Assembly (NCBI GenBank): GCA_963668645.2
Contig: CAXXWC010000022.1
Span: 32,001 to 96,000 of the forward strand
Length of the DNA: 64,000 nt
DNA from: Desulfobacterales bacterium
GTDB taxonomy: Bacteria; Desulfobacterota; Desulfobacteria; Desulfobacterales; UBA2174
Direction: 5' to 3'
Part shown: piece by piece, positions 1 through 9,946 of the stretch
Numbering within the stretch: the first letter of the stretch is position 1
Layout: each line of letters starts with the position of its first letter
Position numbers and translations under genes: made by a program
The notes under the pieces: generated by a model
Database searches by the model: none
What the model saw: the letters and a program-made list of their open reading frames with translations, nothing else
What the model was told of the DNA's origin: nothing

Positions 1-262
1 CGAATGTTTTGGCCATGGCCAAAACCCGCTCCGAGGGGCGCTTGCCGCGGACGAAGACGATACACCCCACCCCGGCGATCTTGGCCGTCCGCAGCACCTG
101 CTCGGTGGTCAGCCCGGTGAGCAGCACCGAGCTTTTGGCGGCGGCGGCAAGCACATCGTCCATCAGATCGGCGCCGCCTGCGGCGACAATGGTTTCATCG
201 AGATGGGTTTCCCCGAATAGCACTTCAGCCTTGAGAATGTCGCGTACTTCAAAAATTTTCAT
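1..262 (-). CDS. DRTGG-domain protein, runs off the window edge
   Basis: Manual translation MKIFEVRDILKAEVLFGETHLDETIVAAGGADLMDDVLA...LLTGLTTEQVLRTAKIAGVGCIVFVRGKRP; the DLMxDVL, LTGL and VFVRGK motifs fit the family. Confidence 0.75.
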   Translation of the reverse strand, partial: MKIFEVRDILKAEVLFGETHLDETIVAAGGADLMDDVLAAAAKSSVLLTGLTTEQVLRTAKIAGVGCIVFVRGKRPSERVLAMAKTF

Positions 263-572
263 CGCCATCGGTAAGCCAGCCTGAACGGTTAACCTGTTTT
301 CAGCAACCCCGGTAATCTTTCAAGGATTCCCTTGACGCAACCTACCCTCCCCGGGCAGAGTCGAATCTCGCGCCACCTCGCTGGAATCAAGGATTCAAAG
401 GGGGAGCGGACGCGGTCTGCCCGCGGCGCATCTTCGCGTCTGCGCCGGATCCGCTGCATGTGGCGCAACCGCGGGGGGGAAATTTGCCCGCACGCACCAT
501 TTCATAAACACCTGAGGATGTCAATCAGAACCGGAACGCCGGGAATTCCACCAAATCTCGTAAGGAGACGGC

Positions 573-917
573 ATGCAGATCGAGGCGTTCGCCTTCGGCA
601 GGATGGTCATCGATGGAACGGTCTATACGTCGGACCTGTGCATTCATCCGGACGGGCAGGTTCGCGACGGCTGGTGGCGCCGCCGGGGCCACGGCCTCTG
701 CGCCGATGACATCGCCGAACTGGTGGCCCGGAACCCTGAAACCATCTTGATCGGCACCGGGGTCCACGGCCGCCTGCGCCCGGATCCGGACCTGGCCTCC
801 GGCCTCGAGGCCCGGGGGATCGAGCTGGTAAGCGCTCCCAACGCCGAAGCCGTGGCGCTTTTCAACCGCCTGTGGGGCCGCTGCAGCCTGGGGGCCGGCT
901 TTCACCTGACCTGTTGA
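573..917 (+). CDS. Mth938-like (DUF498) protein
   Basis: FGRMVIDG..Y.SD, LIGTG..G.L, C-terminal FHLTC; AAGGAG RBS. Confidence 0.85.
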   Translation: MQIEAFAFGRMVIDGTVYTSDLCIHPDGQVRDGWWRRRGHGLCADDIAELVARNPETILIGTGVHGRLRPDPDLASGLEARGIELVSAPNAEAVALFNRLWGRCSLGAGFHLTC

Positions 918-990
918 AGGGCCGGGCCCCGGGACCGCCGAGCCGCTAGCCTGAGAAGATTCGCGTTGCCCGGATCGGATCCTGCCACCT

Positions 991-1338
991 TCAGCGGTAT
1001 TCCAGCACGGGCCGGAACAAGGTGTAAAAAAGCTCCAATACCCCGGGTACACTTTCCTTTTTGCGTTCGACAAAAACCTGCCAGCGGGTGTGGGACTCCA
1101 TTTCCCACACCACCTGGGTGATGCGGGAAAGCACGTCGGCCGCATCCTGGCCATCGAGGCGGATGGTTTCCGATTCGGTGAAAGAGACCGGATCGCCGGC
1201 ATGGGTGCCCGGCCCGAGCCCCACCAGCATACTCCCTTCCCCGATATCGAGCAGTGCCCGGTTGATGGCCGCCGCCAGCCGCGGGGCCAGCGGCGAAAGA
1301 TCGCGGAAAACGGTCTTGGCCAGTTCGCTGGGTGTCAT
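991..1338 (-). CDS. Hypothetical protein
   Basis: Natural amino-acid composition; AAGGAGG RBS upstream; start uncertain (1338 or 1344). Confidence 0.6.
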   Translation of the reverse strand: MTPSELAKTVFRDLSPLAPRLAAAINRALLDIGEGSMLVGLGPGTHAGDPVSFTESETIRLDGQDAADVLSRITQVVWEMESHTRWQVFVERKKESVPGVLELFYTLFRPVLEYR

Positions 1339-1511
1339 CGCCAATCTTTCCTCCTTGCCGCCCGGGGTGTTTACGCCCGGCCCGGGGTGCTTATTTTGTC
1401 GACTTGCCCGGCTTTCAAAGCCGGTTTGAACCTGTTTGTCAACCCGTCAAGCGGACCGCGGCCAAGGCGAACCGAACGGCTTGATCGGAAAAAGGATAGG
1501 ACCCCATCGTA

Positions 1512-4500
1512 ATGAGTGACCGTTGCATTCGCATCCGCGGCGCCCGCCAGCACAACCTGAAGAATATCGACCTGGATCTGCCCCTGCAGCGGCTCATCGC
1601 CGTGACCGGGGTCAGCGGCAGCGGCAAATCGTCCCTGGCCTTCGACACCCTCTACGCCGAGGGCCAGCGGCGCTACGTGGAAACCTTCTCGCCGTATACG
1701 CGCCAGTTCATGGACCGCATGGACCGGCCCCGGGTGGACCGCATCGAGGCTGTGCCGCCGGCCATCGCCATCGACCGCAAGGACCCGGTGCGCACCTCGC
1801 GCAGCACCGTGGGCACCATGGCCGAGATCACCGACTTCGTCAAGCTGCTCTTCGCCCGCCGGGCCGTGCTGCACTGCCACGGCTGCGGCCGTCCGGTGGT
1901 CCCGGCCTCGGCCGAAACGATCTGGGCGCAGCTCGAACCCCGGGCCGCGGGCCAGGCCCTGATCATCACCTTTCCTTACGCCGTGGCGCCCGAAGGGATC
2001 GAAGCGGCCCGGCGCGACCTGCTGCGCCTGGGCTACGACCGGATCCGGCAGGACGGAGCCCTGGAGGATCTGATCGGATGGCAGCCCGACGGCGGTCAGA
2101 CCGAGCTGGACGTGGTGGCGGACCGCACGCGCCTGACGGTAGCGGAGCGTACCCGGATCGTCGATTCCATCGAGCAGGCCCTCGGGCTGGGCGCCGGGCG
2201 GGTCGATCTCTGGCTCGACGGCGACCGTCGGCTTTCCTTTTCGGCCCACCGCGAGTGCCCGGACTGCCGCATCGCCTACGGTGCGCCCCTGCCGGGGCTG
2301 TTCTCCTTCAACAGCCCGGTGGGGGCCTGCGAGACCTGCCGCGGCTTCGGGCGGGTCATCGACATCGATCTGTCCCTGATCATCCCCGACCGGTCGCTTT
2401 CGCTGGCCCAGGGGGCGATCAAACCCTGGGGCGGGCGCGAGGCGGGGCGCATGGAGTACGCCGACCTGGCCGCCTTCTGCCGCAAAAACGGGATTTCCCT
2501 CGATCTTCCCTTCGAGCGGCTGGCGCCGGCCCAGCAGCAGGCCGTCATCGACGGGGACGACGGATTTTACGGGGTGCGCGGCTTTTTCGACTGGCTGGAG
2601 ACCCGGACGTACAAGATGCAGGTGCGCGTCTTTCTCTCCCGCTACCGCAGCTATGACCGCTGCCCGGCCTGCGGCGGAACCCGCTTTCAGCCTGCGGCCC
2701 TGGACTACCGCCTCGCCGGGCGAACCATCGCCGGGATCTACGCCCTCAACGTGGCCCGGGCCCTGGCTTTTTTCAGGGCCCAGCCGGATCCCGGGGACGA
2801 GGCCACGGGGCTGGTCCTGGAAGAGATCATCGGCCGGCTGCGCTACCTGGACGATGTGGGCCTGGGGTACCTGACCCTGGACCGCCAGTCGCGCACCCTG
2901 TCGGGGGGCGAGGTTCAGCGCGTGGCCCTGGCCGCAGCCCTGGGCGCTTCGCTGGTGGACGCCCTCTATGTGCTGGACGAACCGAGCATCGGGCTGCACC
3001 CCAGGGACAACCAGCGCCTGGTCGCCACCCTGGAGCGGCTGCGCGACCAGGGCAACACCGTGGTGGTGGTGGAGCACGACCCGGAGATCATCCGCCGCGC
3101 CGACCTGCTCCTCGACCTGGGGCCGGGGGCCGGCGAAAAGGGCGGGCAGGTGATGTATTTCGGCCCCACCGCCCGTGCCGGCGGATCCCTCACCGGCCGG
3201 TACCTGCGCGGCGAACGGTGCATCCCGCTGCCGGCCAGGCGCCGGTCCGTGGACGATGCCGCCTGGCTGACCCTCGACGGGGCTTCGGCCCACAACCTCA
3301 AACAGATCGACCTGCGCCTGCCCCTGGCGCGCTTCACCTGCCTGACCGGGGTTTCCGGTTCGGGCAAGTCGACCCTGGCCGAAGAGACCCTCTACCGGGC
3401 GGTAAAGCGCGCCCTGGGAGAGGACGAGGGCCGGCCCGGGCCCCATAGCGGCCTTTCGGGGGCCGCGGGCCTCGACGGGGTGGAGCTGGTGGACCAGCGG
3501 CCCATCGGGCGCACCCCCCGGGCCAATGCCCTGACCTTTACCAAGGCCCTGGATCCTGTCCGGCATCTTCTGGCCGAGACCCCCGAGGCCCGCCGGGCCG
3601 GGTTCGGGCCGGGCCATTTTTCCTTCAACACGGCCGGCGGCCGCTGCGAGGCCTGCAAGGGGGAAGGCTTCGAGCGGGTGGAGATGCAGTTTCTCTCCGA
3701 CGTCTACATCACCTGCCCGGTCTGCGGCGGGCGGCGCTTTACGCCCGAGGTCCTGGCGGTGCGCTACCGGGACCTGAACGTCGCCGGCATCTTCGATCTG
3801 ACCGTGGACGAGGCCCTGTCCTTTTTCGCCGACCAGCCCCGGATCCAGCGGCTGCTGAACCCCCTGGCCCTGGTGGGGCTCGGATACCTGCGCCTGGGCC
3901 AGCCCATCAGCACCCTGTCGGGGGGCGAGGCCCAGCGCCTCAAGCTCTCGCGCCACATGGGCGGCGACGACGGCCGGCGCCGTCTGCTGATCTTCGACGA
4001 ACCGACCACCGGCCTGCACCTGGAGGACATCCGCATCCTGCTCAAGGCCCTGCACGGCCTGGTGGATGCCGGCCACACCGTGCTGGTGGTGGAACACCAG
4101 CCCGAGGTGGTCAAGACCGCCGACTGGGTGGTGGACCTGGGGCCCGAGGGCGGGGAGGACGGGGGCCGCATCGTTGTGGCCGGGTCGCCCGAGGCGGTGG
4201 CCGCCTGCACCGCAAGCCATACCGGCCGCTTCCTGGGGCCCCTGCTCGATCCGGCCACGGCCGCCGGGGCATATACCGCCGTGGCCGAAAGCCCTGCGGT
4301 CTACACAAGTTCGCTGCCCGCCGTGATCCACATCCAGGGGGCCCGGGAGCACAACCTGAAAAACCTTTCCCTCGACCTGCCCCGGCACCAACTGGTGGCC
4401 CTGACCGGGGTTTCGGGCTCGGGCAAGTCGACCCTGGCCTTCGACATCCTCTTTGCAGAGGGGCAGCGCCGGTTTCTCGAAAGCCTGGCCCCCTACGTGC

Positions 4501-6791
4501 GCCAGTACATGAAAATCCTCGAACGGCCCGAGGTGGACCGGGTCACCGGCCTGCCGCCCACCGTGGCCATCGAGCAGCGCATCAGCCATGCCGGCCGCCG
4601 TTCCACGGTGGCCACCCTCACCGAGATCTACCATTTCCTGCGCCTGCTCTTCGCCCGCCTGGGCCGGGCCCACTGCCCCCAGTGCGGGGTGCCCCTGGAA
4701 GGGTTGTCCCGGGACGCCATGGTCGAGGTGGTCCGGCGCCGCTTCGGCAAAGGCCCGGCCGCCGTCCTGGCTCCCAAGGTGGTCAACCGCAAGGGGTTTC
4801 ACAAGGACGTGCTGGCCCGCGCGCGCAAGGCGGGCTTTGGCGAGGCGCGCATCGACGGGCGCCGGGAGCCGATCAGCCAAGGCATGGCGCTGAGCCGCTA
4901 CCATCTGCACACCATCGAGGTGGTGGTGGGCACCCTGCCGGCCGCCGATCCCGGGGCCCTGGTGGACCGGGCCCTGGCCGAGGGGGACGGTGCCCTGCTG
5001 GTGGAAGATGGCGCCGGGGAAACCCACGCCTTCAGCCTCAGCGGCCTTTGCCCCACCTGCGGGATCGGCGTTTCCGGGGCCGGCGATCCCCAGCAGTTTT
5101 CCTTCAACAGCCCGCTGGGCGCCTGTGAAAAGTGCCAGGGGCTCGGGGAGACCGAAGCGGGCCGGCCCTGTGCCGCCTGCGGCGGCAGCCGCCTCAACCC
5201 CCGGGCCCTGGCCGTGAAGATCGGGGAACAGACCATCTGGGACCTGGTGCGCCGGCCGGCCGCCAACCTGGGCCGGTTCCTGGCCCGGATGCCTGTTCAA
5301 CCCGGCCAGGAGGCGGTGGCCGGACCGATCCGGACCGAGATCGAAGGGCGCCTCGAACTGCTCGAACGCCTCGGCCTCGGGTATCTCGGCCTGGCGCGCA
5401 GCGGGCGCAGCCTCTCGGGGGGCGAGGCCCAGCGGGTGCGGCTGGCGGCCCAGCTCGGCTCGACCCTCACCGGGGTGGGCTACATCCTGGACGAGCCGAC
5501 CATCGGCCTGCATCCGCGCGACAACCACCGGCTCATCGAGGCCCTGGTGGCCCTGCGCGACCGGGGCAACACCGTGGTGGTGGTGGAGCACGACGAGGAG
5601 ACCATCCGCGCGGCGGACACGGTCATCGATCTCGGCCCCGGGGCCGGGGACCAGGGCGGCACCGTGGTGGCGGTGGGCTCCCCCGCGGAAATCGCCCGCA
5701 ATCCGGCCTCCCTCACCGGCCGGCTCCTTGCCGCAGGGCCGCGGCCGCTTCCCGCAGGCTCGACCCGCGACAGCGCCGGGCGCAGCATCACGGTCCGCGG
5801 GGCCGCGGCCCACAACCTCAAGGGGATCGATGTGGACTTTCCCCTGGGAAGCTTCATCGCCGTGACCGGGGTCTCGGGCTCGGGCAAATCATCCCTGCTC
5901 AAGGAAAGCCTCCACCGCGGCCTGAAAGCCCTGCTGGCCGGCGGATCCCTGGCCGGAATCCCCTTGGCGGCCATCGAGGGCTGGGGGGCGGTGGCGGCGG
6001 CAGAGGAGGTGGACCACAGCCCCATCGGGCGCACCCCCCGCTCGGTGCCGGCCACCTATGTCAAGATCATGGACCCTCTGCGGCGGCGTTTTGCCGCCAC
6101 TGAGGCGGCCCGGGCCCGGGGCTACGGCCCGGACCGATTTTCCTTCAACCTGGCCGGCGGCCGCTGCGAGGCCTGCAAGGGCCAGGGGCATCCGCGGGTG
6201 GAGATGAATTTCCTGCCCGACGTCTACGTCCCCTGCCAGACCTGCGGCGGTTCGCGCTACAACGCCGACACCCTGGCGATCACCTACAAGGGGCATACCA
6301 TCGCCCAGATGCTCGACCTGACCTTCGCCCAGGCCCGGGACCTTTTCACCGCCGTGCCAGAAATCCGCCGGGCCGCGGCCTTCGTGGACGAGATCGGTCT
6401 CGGGTACCTGCGCCTGGGCCAGCCGAGCCCCACCCTGTCCGGGGGCGAGGCCCAGCGCATCAAGCTGGCCCGCCGCCTGGCCCACCCGGGCAACGGGCAT
6501 ACCTTCTTCATCCTCGACGAGCCCACCACCGGGCTGCACGGGGTGGATGTGGCCCGGATGATCGGCGTGCTCCGGCGCCTGGTGGCGGCCGGCAACACCG
6601 TAGCGGTGGTCGAGCACAACCTCGACCTGATCGCGGCGGCCGACTGGATCATCGATATCGGTCCGGAAGGCGGCGATGGGGGCGGAGAGGTGGTCTTTGC
6701 CGGCCCGCCCCGGGACCTGCTCCAGGCCGCGGACAGATCCCACACGGCCCGGTACCTCAAACAACATCTGGCCGGCGCAAAAGCCATGTGA
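1512..6791 (+). CDS. uvrA: Excinuclease ABC subunit A, double-length (two fused UvrA units)
   Basis: Four GVSGSGKS Walker A motifs, four LSGGE signatures, four (L/F)DEP Walker B motifs, CxxC zinc fingers, and two HNLKN..AEGQRR starts. Confidence 0.95.
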   Translation: MSDRCIRIRGARQHNLKNIDLDLPLQRLIAVTGVSGSGKSSLAFDTLYAEGQRRYVETFSPYTRQFMDRMDRPRVDRIEAVPPAIAIDRKDPVRTSRSTVGTMAEITDFVKLLFARRAVLHCHGCGRPVVPASAETIWAQLEPRAAGQALIITFPYAVAPEGIEAARRDLLRLGYDRIRQDGALEDLIGWQPDGGQTELDVVADRTRLTVAERTRIVDSIEQALGLGAGRVDLWLDGDRRLSFSAHRECPDCRIAYGAPLPGLFSFNSPVGACETCRGFGRVIDIDLSLIIPDRSLSLAQGAIKPWGGREAGRMEYADLAAFCRKNGISLDLPFERLAPAQQQAVIDGDDGFYGVRGFFDWLETRTYKMQVRVFLSRYRSYDRCPACGGTRFQPAALDYRLAGRTIAGIYALNVARALAFFRAQPDPGDEATGLVLEEIIGRLRYLDDVGLGYLTLDRQSRTLSGGEVQRVALAAALGASLVDALYVLDEPSIGLHPRDNQRLVATLERLRDQGNTVVVVEHDPEIIRRADLLLDLGPGAGEKGGQVMYFGPTARAGGSLTGRYLRGERCIPLPARRRSVDDAAWLTLDGASAHNLKQIDLRLPLARFTCLTGVSGSGKSTLAEETLYRAVKRALGEDEGRPGPHSGLSGAAGLDGVELVDQRPIGRTPRANALTFTKALDPVRHLLAETPEARRAGFGPGHFSFNTAGGRCEACKGEGFERVEMQFLSDVYITCPVCGGRRFTPEVLAVRYRDLNVAGIFDLTVDEALSFFADQPRIQRLLNPLALVGLGYLRLGQPISTLSGGEAQRLKLSRHMGGDDGRRRLLIFDEPTTGLHLEDIRILLKALHGLVDAGHTVLVVEHQPEVVKTADWVVDLGPEGGEDGGRIVVAGSPEAVAACTASHTGRFLGPLLDPATAAGAYTAVAESPAVYTSSLPAVIHIQGAREHNLKNLSLDLPRHQLVALTGVSGSGKSTLAFDILFAEGQRRFLESLAPYVRQYMKILERPEVDRVTGLPPTVAIEQRISHAGRRSTVATLTEIYHFLRLLFARLGRAHCPQCGVPLEGLSRDAMVEVVRRRFGKGPAAVLAPKVVNRKGFHKDVLARARKAGFGEARIDGRREPISQGMALSRYHLHTIEVVVGTLPAADPGALVDRALAEGDGALLVEDGAGETHAFSLSGLCPTCGIGVSGAGDPQQFSFNSPLGACEKCQGLGETEAGRPCAACGGSRLNPRALAVKIGEQTIWDLVRRPAANLGRFLARMPVQPGQEAVAGPIRTEIEGRLELLERLGLGYLGLARSGRSLSGGEAQRVRLAAQLGSTLTGVGYILDEPTIGLHPRDNHRLIEALVALRDRGNTVVVVEHDEETIRAADTVIDLGPGAGDQGGTVVAVGSPAEIARNPASLTGRLLAAGPRPLPAGSTRDSAGRSITVRGAAAHNLKGIDVDFPLGSFIAVTGVSGSGKSSLLKESLHRGLKALLAGGSLAGIPLAAIEGWGAVAAAEEVDHSPIGRTPRSVPATYVKIMDPLRRRFAATEAARARGYGPDRFSFNLAGGRCEACKGQGHPRVEMNFLPDVYVPCQTCGGSRYNADTLAITYKGHTIAQMLDLTFAQARDLFTAVPEIRRAAAFVDEIGLGYLRLGQPSPTLSGGEAQRIKLARRLAHPGNGHTFFILDEPTTGLHGVDVARMIGVLRRLVAAGNTVAVVEHNLDLIAAADWIIDIGPEGGDGGGEVVFAGPPRDLLQAADRSHTARYLKQHLAGAKAM

Positions 6792-6904
6792 CAACCGGGA
6801 CCTTGCCGTTTGACCCGCTTTTGTCTATCCTGGACGGCAAGACCGCAAACGACCAAACCGCAACAGCGCGGGCCTGAAAACCGAAGCGCGAAAGCAAGCC
6901 GGGT

Positions 6905-7774
6905 ATGCAACGCCAAGCCACATGGGAATCGATCTTCAAACCGGGAAGGGCCGGCGATTTTTTCGAACCGGCGCCTCCGGGAAACTTCGATCCCGCCGCA
7001 GCCGGCTTCAGCCCGGTGAACGCCTGGTGGCTCAGCGAACTCTCGCGCCTGGTCTACCGGCGCGATGCGGGCGAACCGGGCGCCGACGGCCGCCTGGCAG
7101 CGCGCAGCCAGATCCTGGCGCGCGTCGGGCTTCGCGAACAGGCCACCTTCTATCGCCGCGGCATCTTCGCCGCCCTGATCGTCTCGGATACCGGGACGGT
7201 GCCGCCCTTTGGCGCCCTGGTCTTTCGCGGTTCGAGCGGCCGGCTGGACAACTGGATGGCCAACTTCGACACCCGGCCCCAGCCCTGGCCCCCGGGGGGG
7301 CGGGTCCATGCCGGATTCAAGGCGGCCCTGCTGGGGATCTGGCCCGAAATCCTCGATGCCCTGCGGGGCTTGCAATCCCCGGCCTTTTACACCGGCCACA
7401 GCCTGGGGGCGGCCCTGGCCACCCTGGCGGCCAGCCTGCGGCCGCCGCGGGCGGTTTACACCTTCGGCTCGCCCCGGGTGGGAGACGCCGGCTTCGCCCG
7501 CCTGATGGAAGCCGTGCCGGTCTACCGCCTGGCCGGGGCCCGGGACATCGTCACCCGCATCCCCCCGGCGATTTTCCCCTTCGGCTACCGCCACGTGGGC
7601 CTGGCCCTGCCCCTGCGGGAAGACCGGGACCGGCCCGCCGTGCAGCCGTCCCCGGCCCTCGATGTGGCCGCCGATCCGGCCCCCTGGCCCCGGTCCCTCG
7701 ACCGCCTGGGCCGGCCTCCGGTCTTTCTCGCCGACCACGCCCCGGTGCGCTATACCGATGCCGTGGCCACCTGA
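6905..7774 (+). CDS. Class 3 lipase family protein
   Basis: VFRGS, TGHSLGAALA, YTFGSPRVGD, DIVTRIPP, terminal DH. Confidence 0.9.
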   Translation: MQRQATWESIFKPGRAGDFFEPAPPGNFDPAAAGFSPVNAWWLSELSRLVYRRDAGEPGADGRLAARSQILARVGLREQATFYRRGIFAALIVSDTGTVPPFGALVFRGSSGRLDNWMANFDTRPQPWPPGGRVHAGFKAALLGIWPEILDALRGLQSPAFYTGHSLGAALATLAASLRPPRAVYTFGSPRVGDAGFARLMEAVPVYRLAGARDIVTRIPPAIFPFGYRHVGLALPLREDRDRPAVQPSPALDVAADPAPWPRSLDRLGRPPVFLADHAPVRYTDAVAT

Positions 7775-7818
7775 CCGGCAGCCGGGGTCCGGCAAATCCT
7801 GCCACTGAACGAGGTTTC

Positions 7819-8736
7819 TTGGAGAACAGCGCATTGGAAGGCGACTGGCTGAGACGATCCCTGGACCGCACCCCCCTGCATGAGATGGACGGCGTCCTGG
7901 CCGCCGCCGAAAAGGCCGCCGGCCCGCTTCGCCCCGGCACCGCCAAGGGGATCGTCTGGCACGACCCGCTGCACCGGACCCGGACCGATCTCAGCCTGGT
8001 CTACCTCCACGGCTTTTCCGCTTCCCGGGGGGAAATCGCGCCGGTTTGCGACCGGATGGCGCGCCACCTCGGGGCCAACCTTTTCTACACCCGGCTTGGC
8101 GGCCACGGCCGGGACGGCCGCGCCCTGGCCCGGGCGGATACCGCCGGCTGGCTCGAAGACGCCCGCGAGGCCCTGGCCGTGGGACAACGCCTGGGACGGC
8201 GGGTGGCGATCTTCGGCACCTCCACCGGTGCCACCCTGGCCGTCTGGGCCGCGGCCCAAACGGACCTGGCCGCCAACATCACCGGCCTGGTGCTCATGTC
8301 CCCCAACTTCGGACCGCGCCATCCCCTGGCCGGGGTCCTGCAATATCCGTGGCTGCATCCGGCCGCGGCCCGGCTCCTCGGGGGCTGGCGCCGTTTCCCG
8401 CCGGTCAGCGCCGGCCATGCGGCCGTCTGGACCCTCGATTATCCCCGGACCGCCGTCCTGCCGATGCTCAACCTGGTGCACGCCGTGACGCGCATCGACC
8501 CGCGCCGCATCCGCATGCCGGTGCTGCTTTTTTACCACCCGGCAGACCAGGTGGTGCGCGTCGACAAGATGCGCCGCTTCTACCGGGCTCTGGGCAGCCG
8601 CCTGAAACACCGTTATCGCATCGATCGCTCCCGCCATCCGGGAAGCCACATCCTGGCCGGCGACGTTTTCGCCCCGTCCATGACCCGGCCGCTCGCCGAT
8701 CTGGCCACGGACTTCATCCGGGAGATTGGCGGTTAG
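7819..8736 (+). CDS. Alpha/beta hydrolase (esterase/lysophospholipase-like)
   Basis: YLHGFSAS, GHG, GTSTG nucleophile elbow, DQVV, HILAGD; TTG start after GAGG inferred (the ORF-track start at 6922 is shadow sequence). Confidence 0.8.
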   Translation: MENSALEGDWLRRSLDRTPLHEMDGVLAAAEKAAGPLRPGTAKGIVWHDPLHRTRTDLSLVYLHGFSASRGEIAPVCDRMARHLGANLFYTRLGGHGRDGRALARADTAGWLEDAREALAVGQRLGRRVAIFGTSTGATLAVWAAAQTDLAANITGLVLMSPNFGPRHPLAGVLQYPWLHPAAARLLGGWRRFPPVSAGHAAVWTLDYPRTAVLPMLNLVHAVTRIDPRRIRMPVLLFYHPADQVVRVDKMRRFYRALGSRLKHRYRIDRSRHPGSHILAGDVFAPSMTRPLADLATDFIREIGG

Positions 8737-8902
8737 CCCGCCCGGCAGCTTCCGTTTTTTAGCTTTCACGGAAGTTTCCTGGCGCTTTTTGGTTCAACCC
8801 GCCGCTCCCCGATGGTATAATCCTTGCTGCATCTATTCCGTGCATTCGATGACGCCGGCCGCCCTGACGGCCATCAACCCCGCTTGCAACGGAGGCCCGC
8901 CC

Positions 8903-9310
8903 ATGAAACTGACCGAATTCATGACCACCAAAATCGAATATATCGTCCCCGATGCCACGGTTTACGACGTCGTCGAGAAGATGGTCGACCGGCGCATCCG
9001 CTCGCTGGTGGTCCGCTCTCCAGACGAACACGACGGCCACGGGGTGATCACGGCCAGGGACGTGGTGTTCAAAGTCCTGGCCAAGGGGATCGACCCGAGC
9101 AAGATCAAGGCCGAGGAGCTGGCCTCCAAGCCCCTGGTCTGTATCGACGAGGAGGCCCGCCTCACCGACGCCATCGACATGATGGAAGCCCAGAACATCG
9201 CCCGGATCTTCGTCTGCCGCAGCGGCCGGATCGTCGGAGTGGTGGCCCTGCTCGACATCATGTGGGCCGTGCTGATCAAGCGGGCAAGGGGGGAGCATGT
9301 TCCTAAATAA
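8903..9310 (+). CDS. Stand-alone CBS-pair protein
   Basis: MTTKIEY...IRSLVV...GVITARDVV...IVGVVALLDI; GGAGG RBS; overlaps the next gene. Confidence 0.9.
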   Translation: MKLTEFMTTKIEYIVPDATVYDVVEKMVDRRIRSLVVRSPDEHDGHGVITARDVVFKVLAKGIDPSKIKAEELASKPLVCIDEEARLTDAIDMMEAQNIARIFVCRSGRIVGVVALLDIMWAVLIKRARGEHVPK

Positions 9311-9926
9311 AATGTTTTCCCACGGCCGCAAGGAGCAGCGGGTGATCGGCCGCATCTGCGATCACATCGGGCTGCTCTGCGAGGCCTGCGCCACCTTCCA
9401 CCAGGCCATAGAGGTCCGGGACCGGAGCCTTGCGCGCAAGGTGCCCCACATGGAGCGCGAGGCCGACGTGATCCGCCGCGAGATCATCGCCATGATCTAC
9501 GAAGGGGCTTTTTTGCCCTATCTGCGCCCGGACCTGTGCAAATTCGTCACCATGGTGGACGAGGTCTTCGACATCCTCCAGGAGACGGCCAACAATTACA
9601 GCGGGATCCACCTGCCGGAAGCCCTCGAAGACGAGTGTGTCCGGGTGGCCTTCTTGAACCGCCGCATGTGCGAGCTGCTCAAGATCACCTACGAGGCCAT
9701 GGTCGAAGGCCAGGACCTGCGCGAGAAGACCCTGGGGCTGCGGATCTACGAAAAGAAGATCGACGACCTGAAATTCGGCCTGGTCCGCGACCTGATGGCC
9801 ACCGAGGTGGCCGATTTCTGGAAGGGGTGGCTGCTGGCCAATTTCCTCACCGGGCTGACGAGCATCAGCGACAAGATCGAGGACGCCAGCGATCATCTGG
9901 AGGTCATTAACGTAAGCATGCGCTAG
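9297..9926 (+). CDS. DUF47 (PhoU-like) phosphate transport regulator
   Basis: EREADVIRR, EKKIDD, SDKIEDASD motifs; directly upstream of PiT. Confidence 0.88.
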   Translation: MFLNKMFSHGRKEQRVIGRICDHIGLLCEACATFHQAIEVRDRSLARKVPHMEREADVIRREIIAMIYEGAFLPYLRPDLCKFVTMVDEVFDILQETANNYSGIHLPEALEDECVRVAFLNRRMCELLKITYEAMVEGQDLREKTLGLRIYEKKIDDLKFGLVRDLMATEVADFWKGWLLANFLTGLTSISDKIEDASDHLEVINVSMR

Positions 9927-9946
9927 CCGGCCGGTGTTGAAAATTC

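Noticed and set aside
1371..5813. 1480-aa minus-strand ORF and similar long antisense ORFs
   Set aside because: Shadow frames of high-GC genes such as uvrA, with no recognisable motifs
6922..7818. N-terminal half of the 604-aa ORF as a fusion
   Set aside because: Out-of-frame overlap with the lipase; Arg/Pro/Gly-rich shadow sequence
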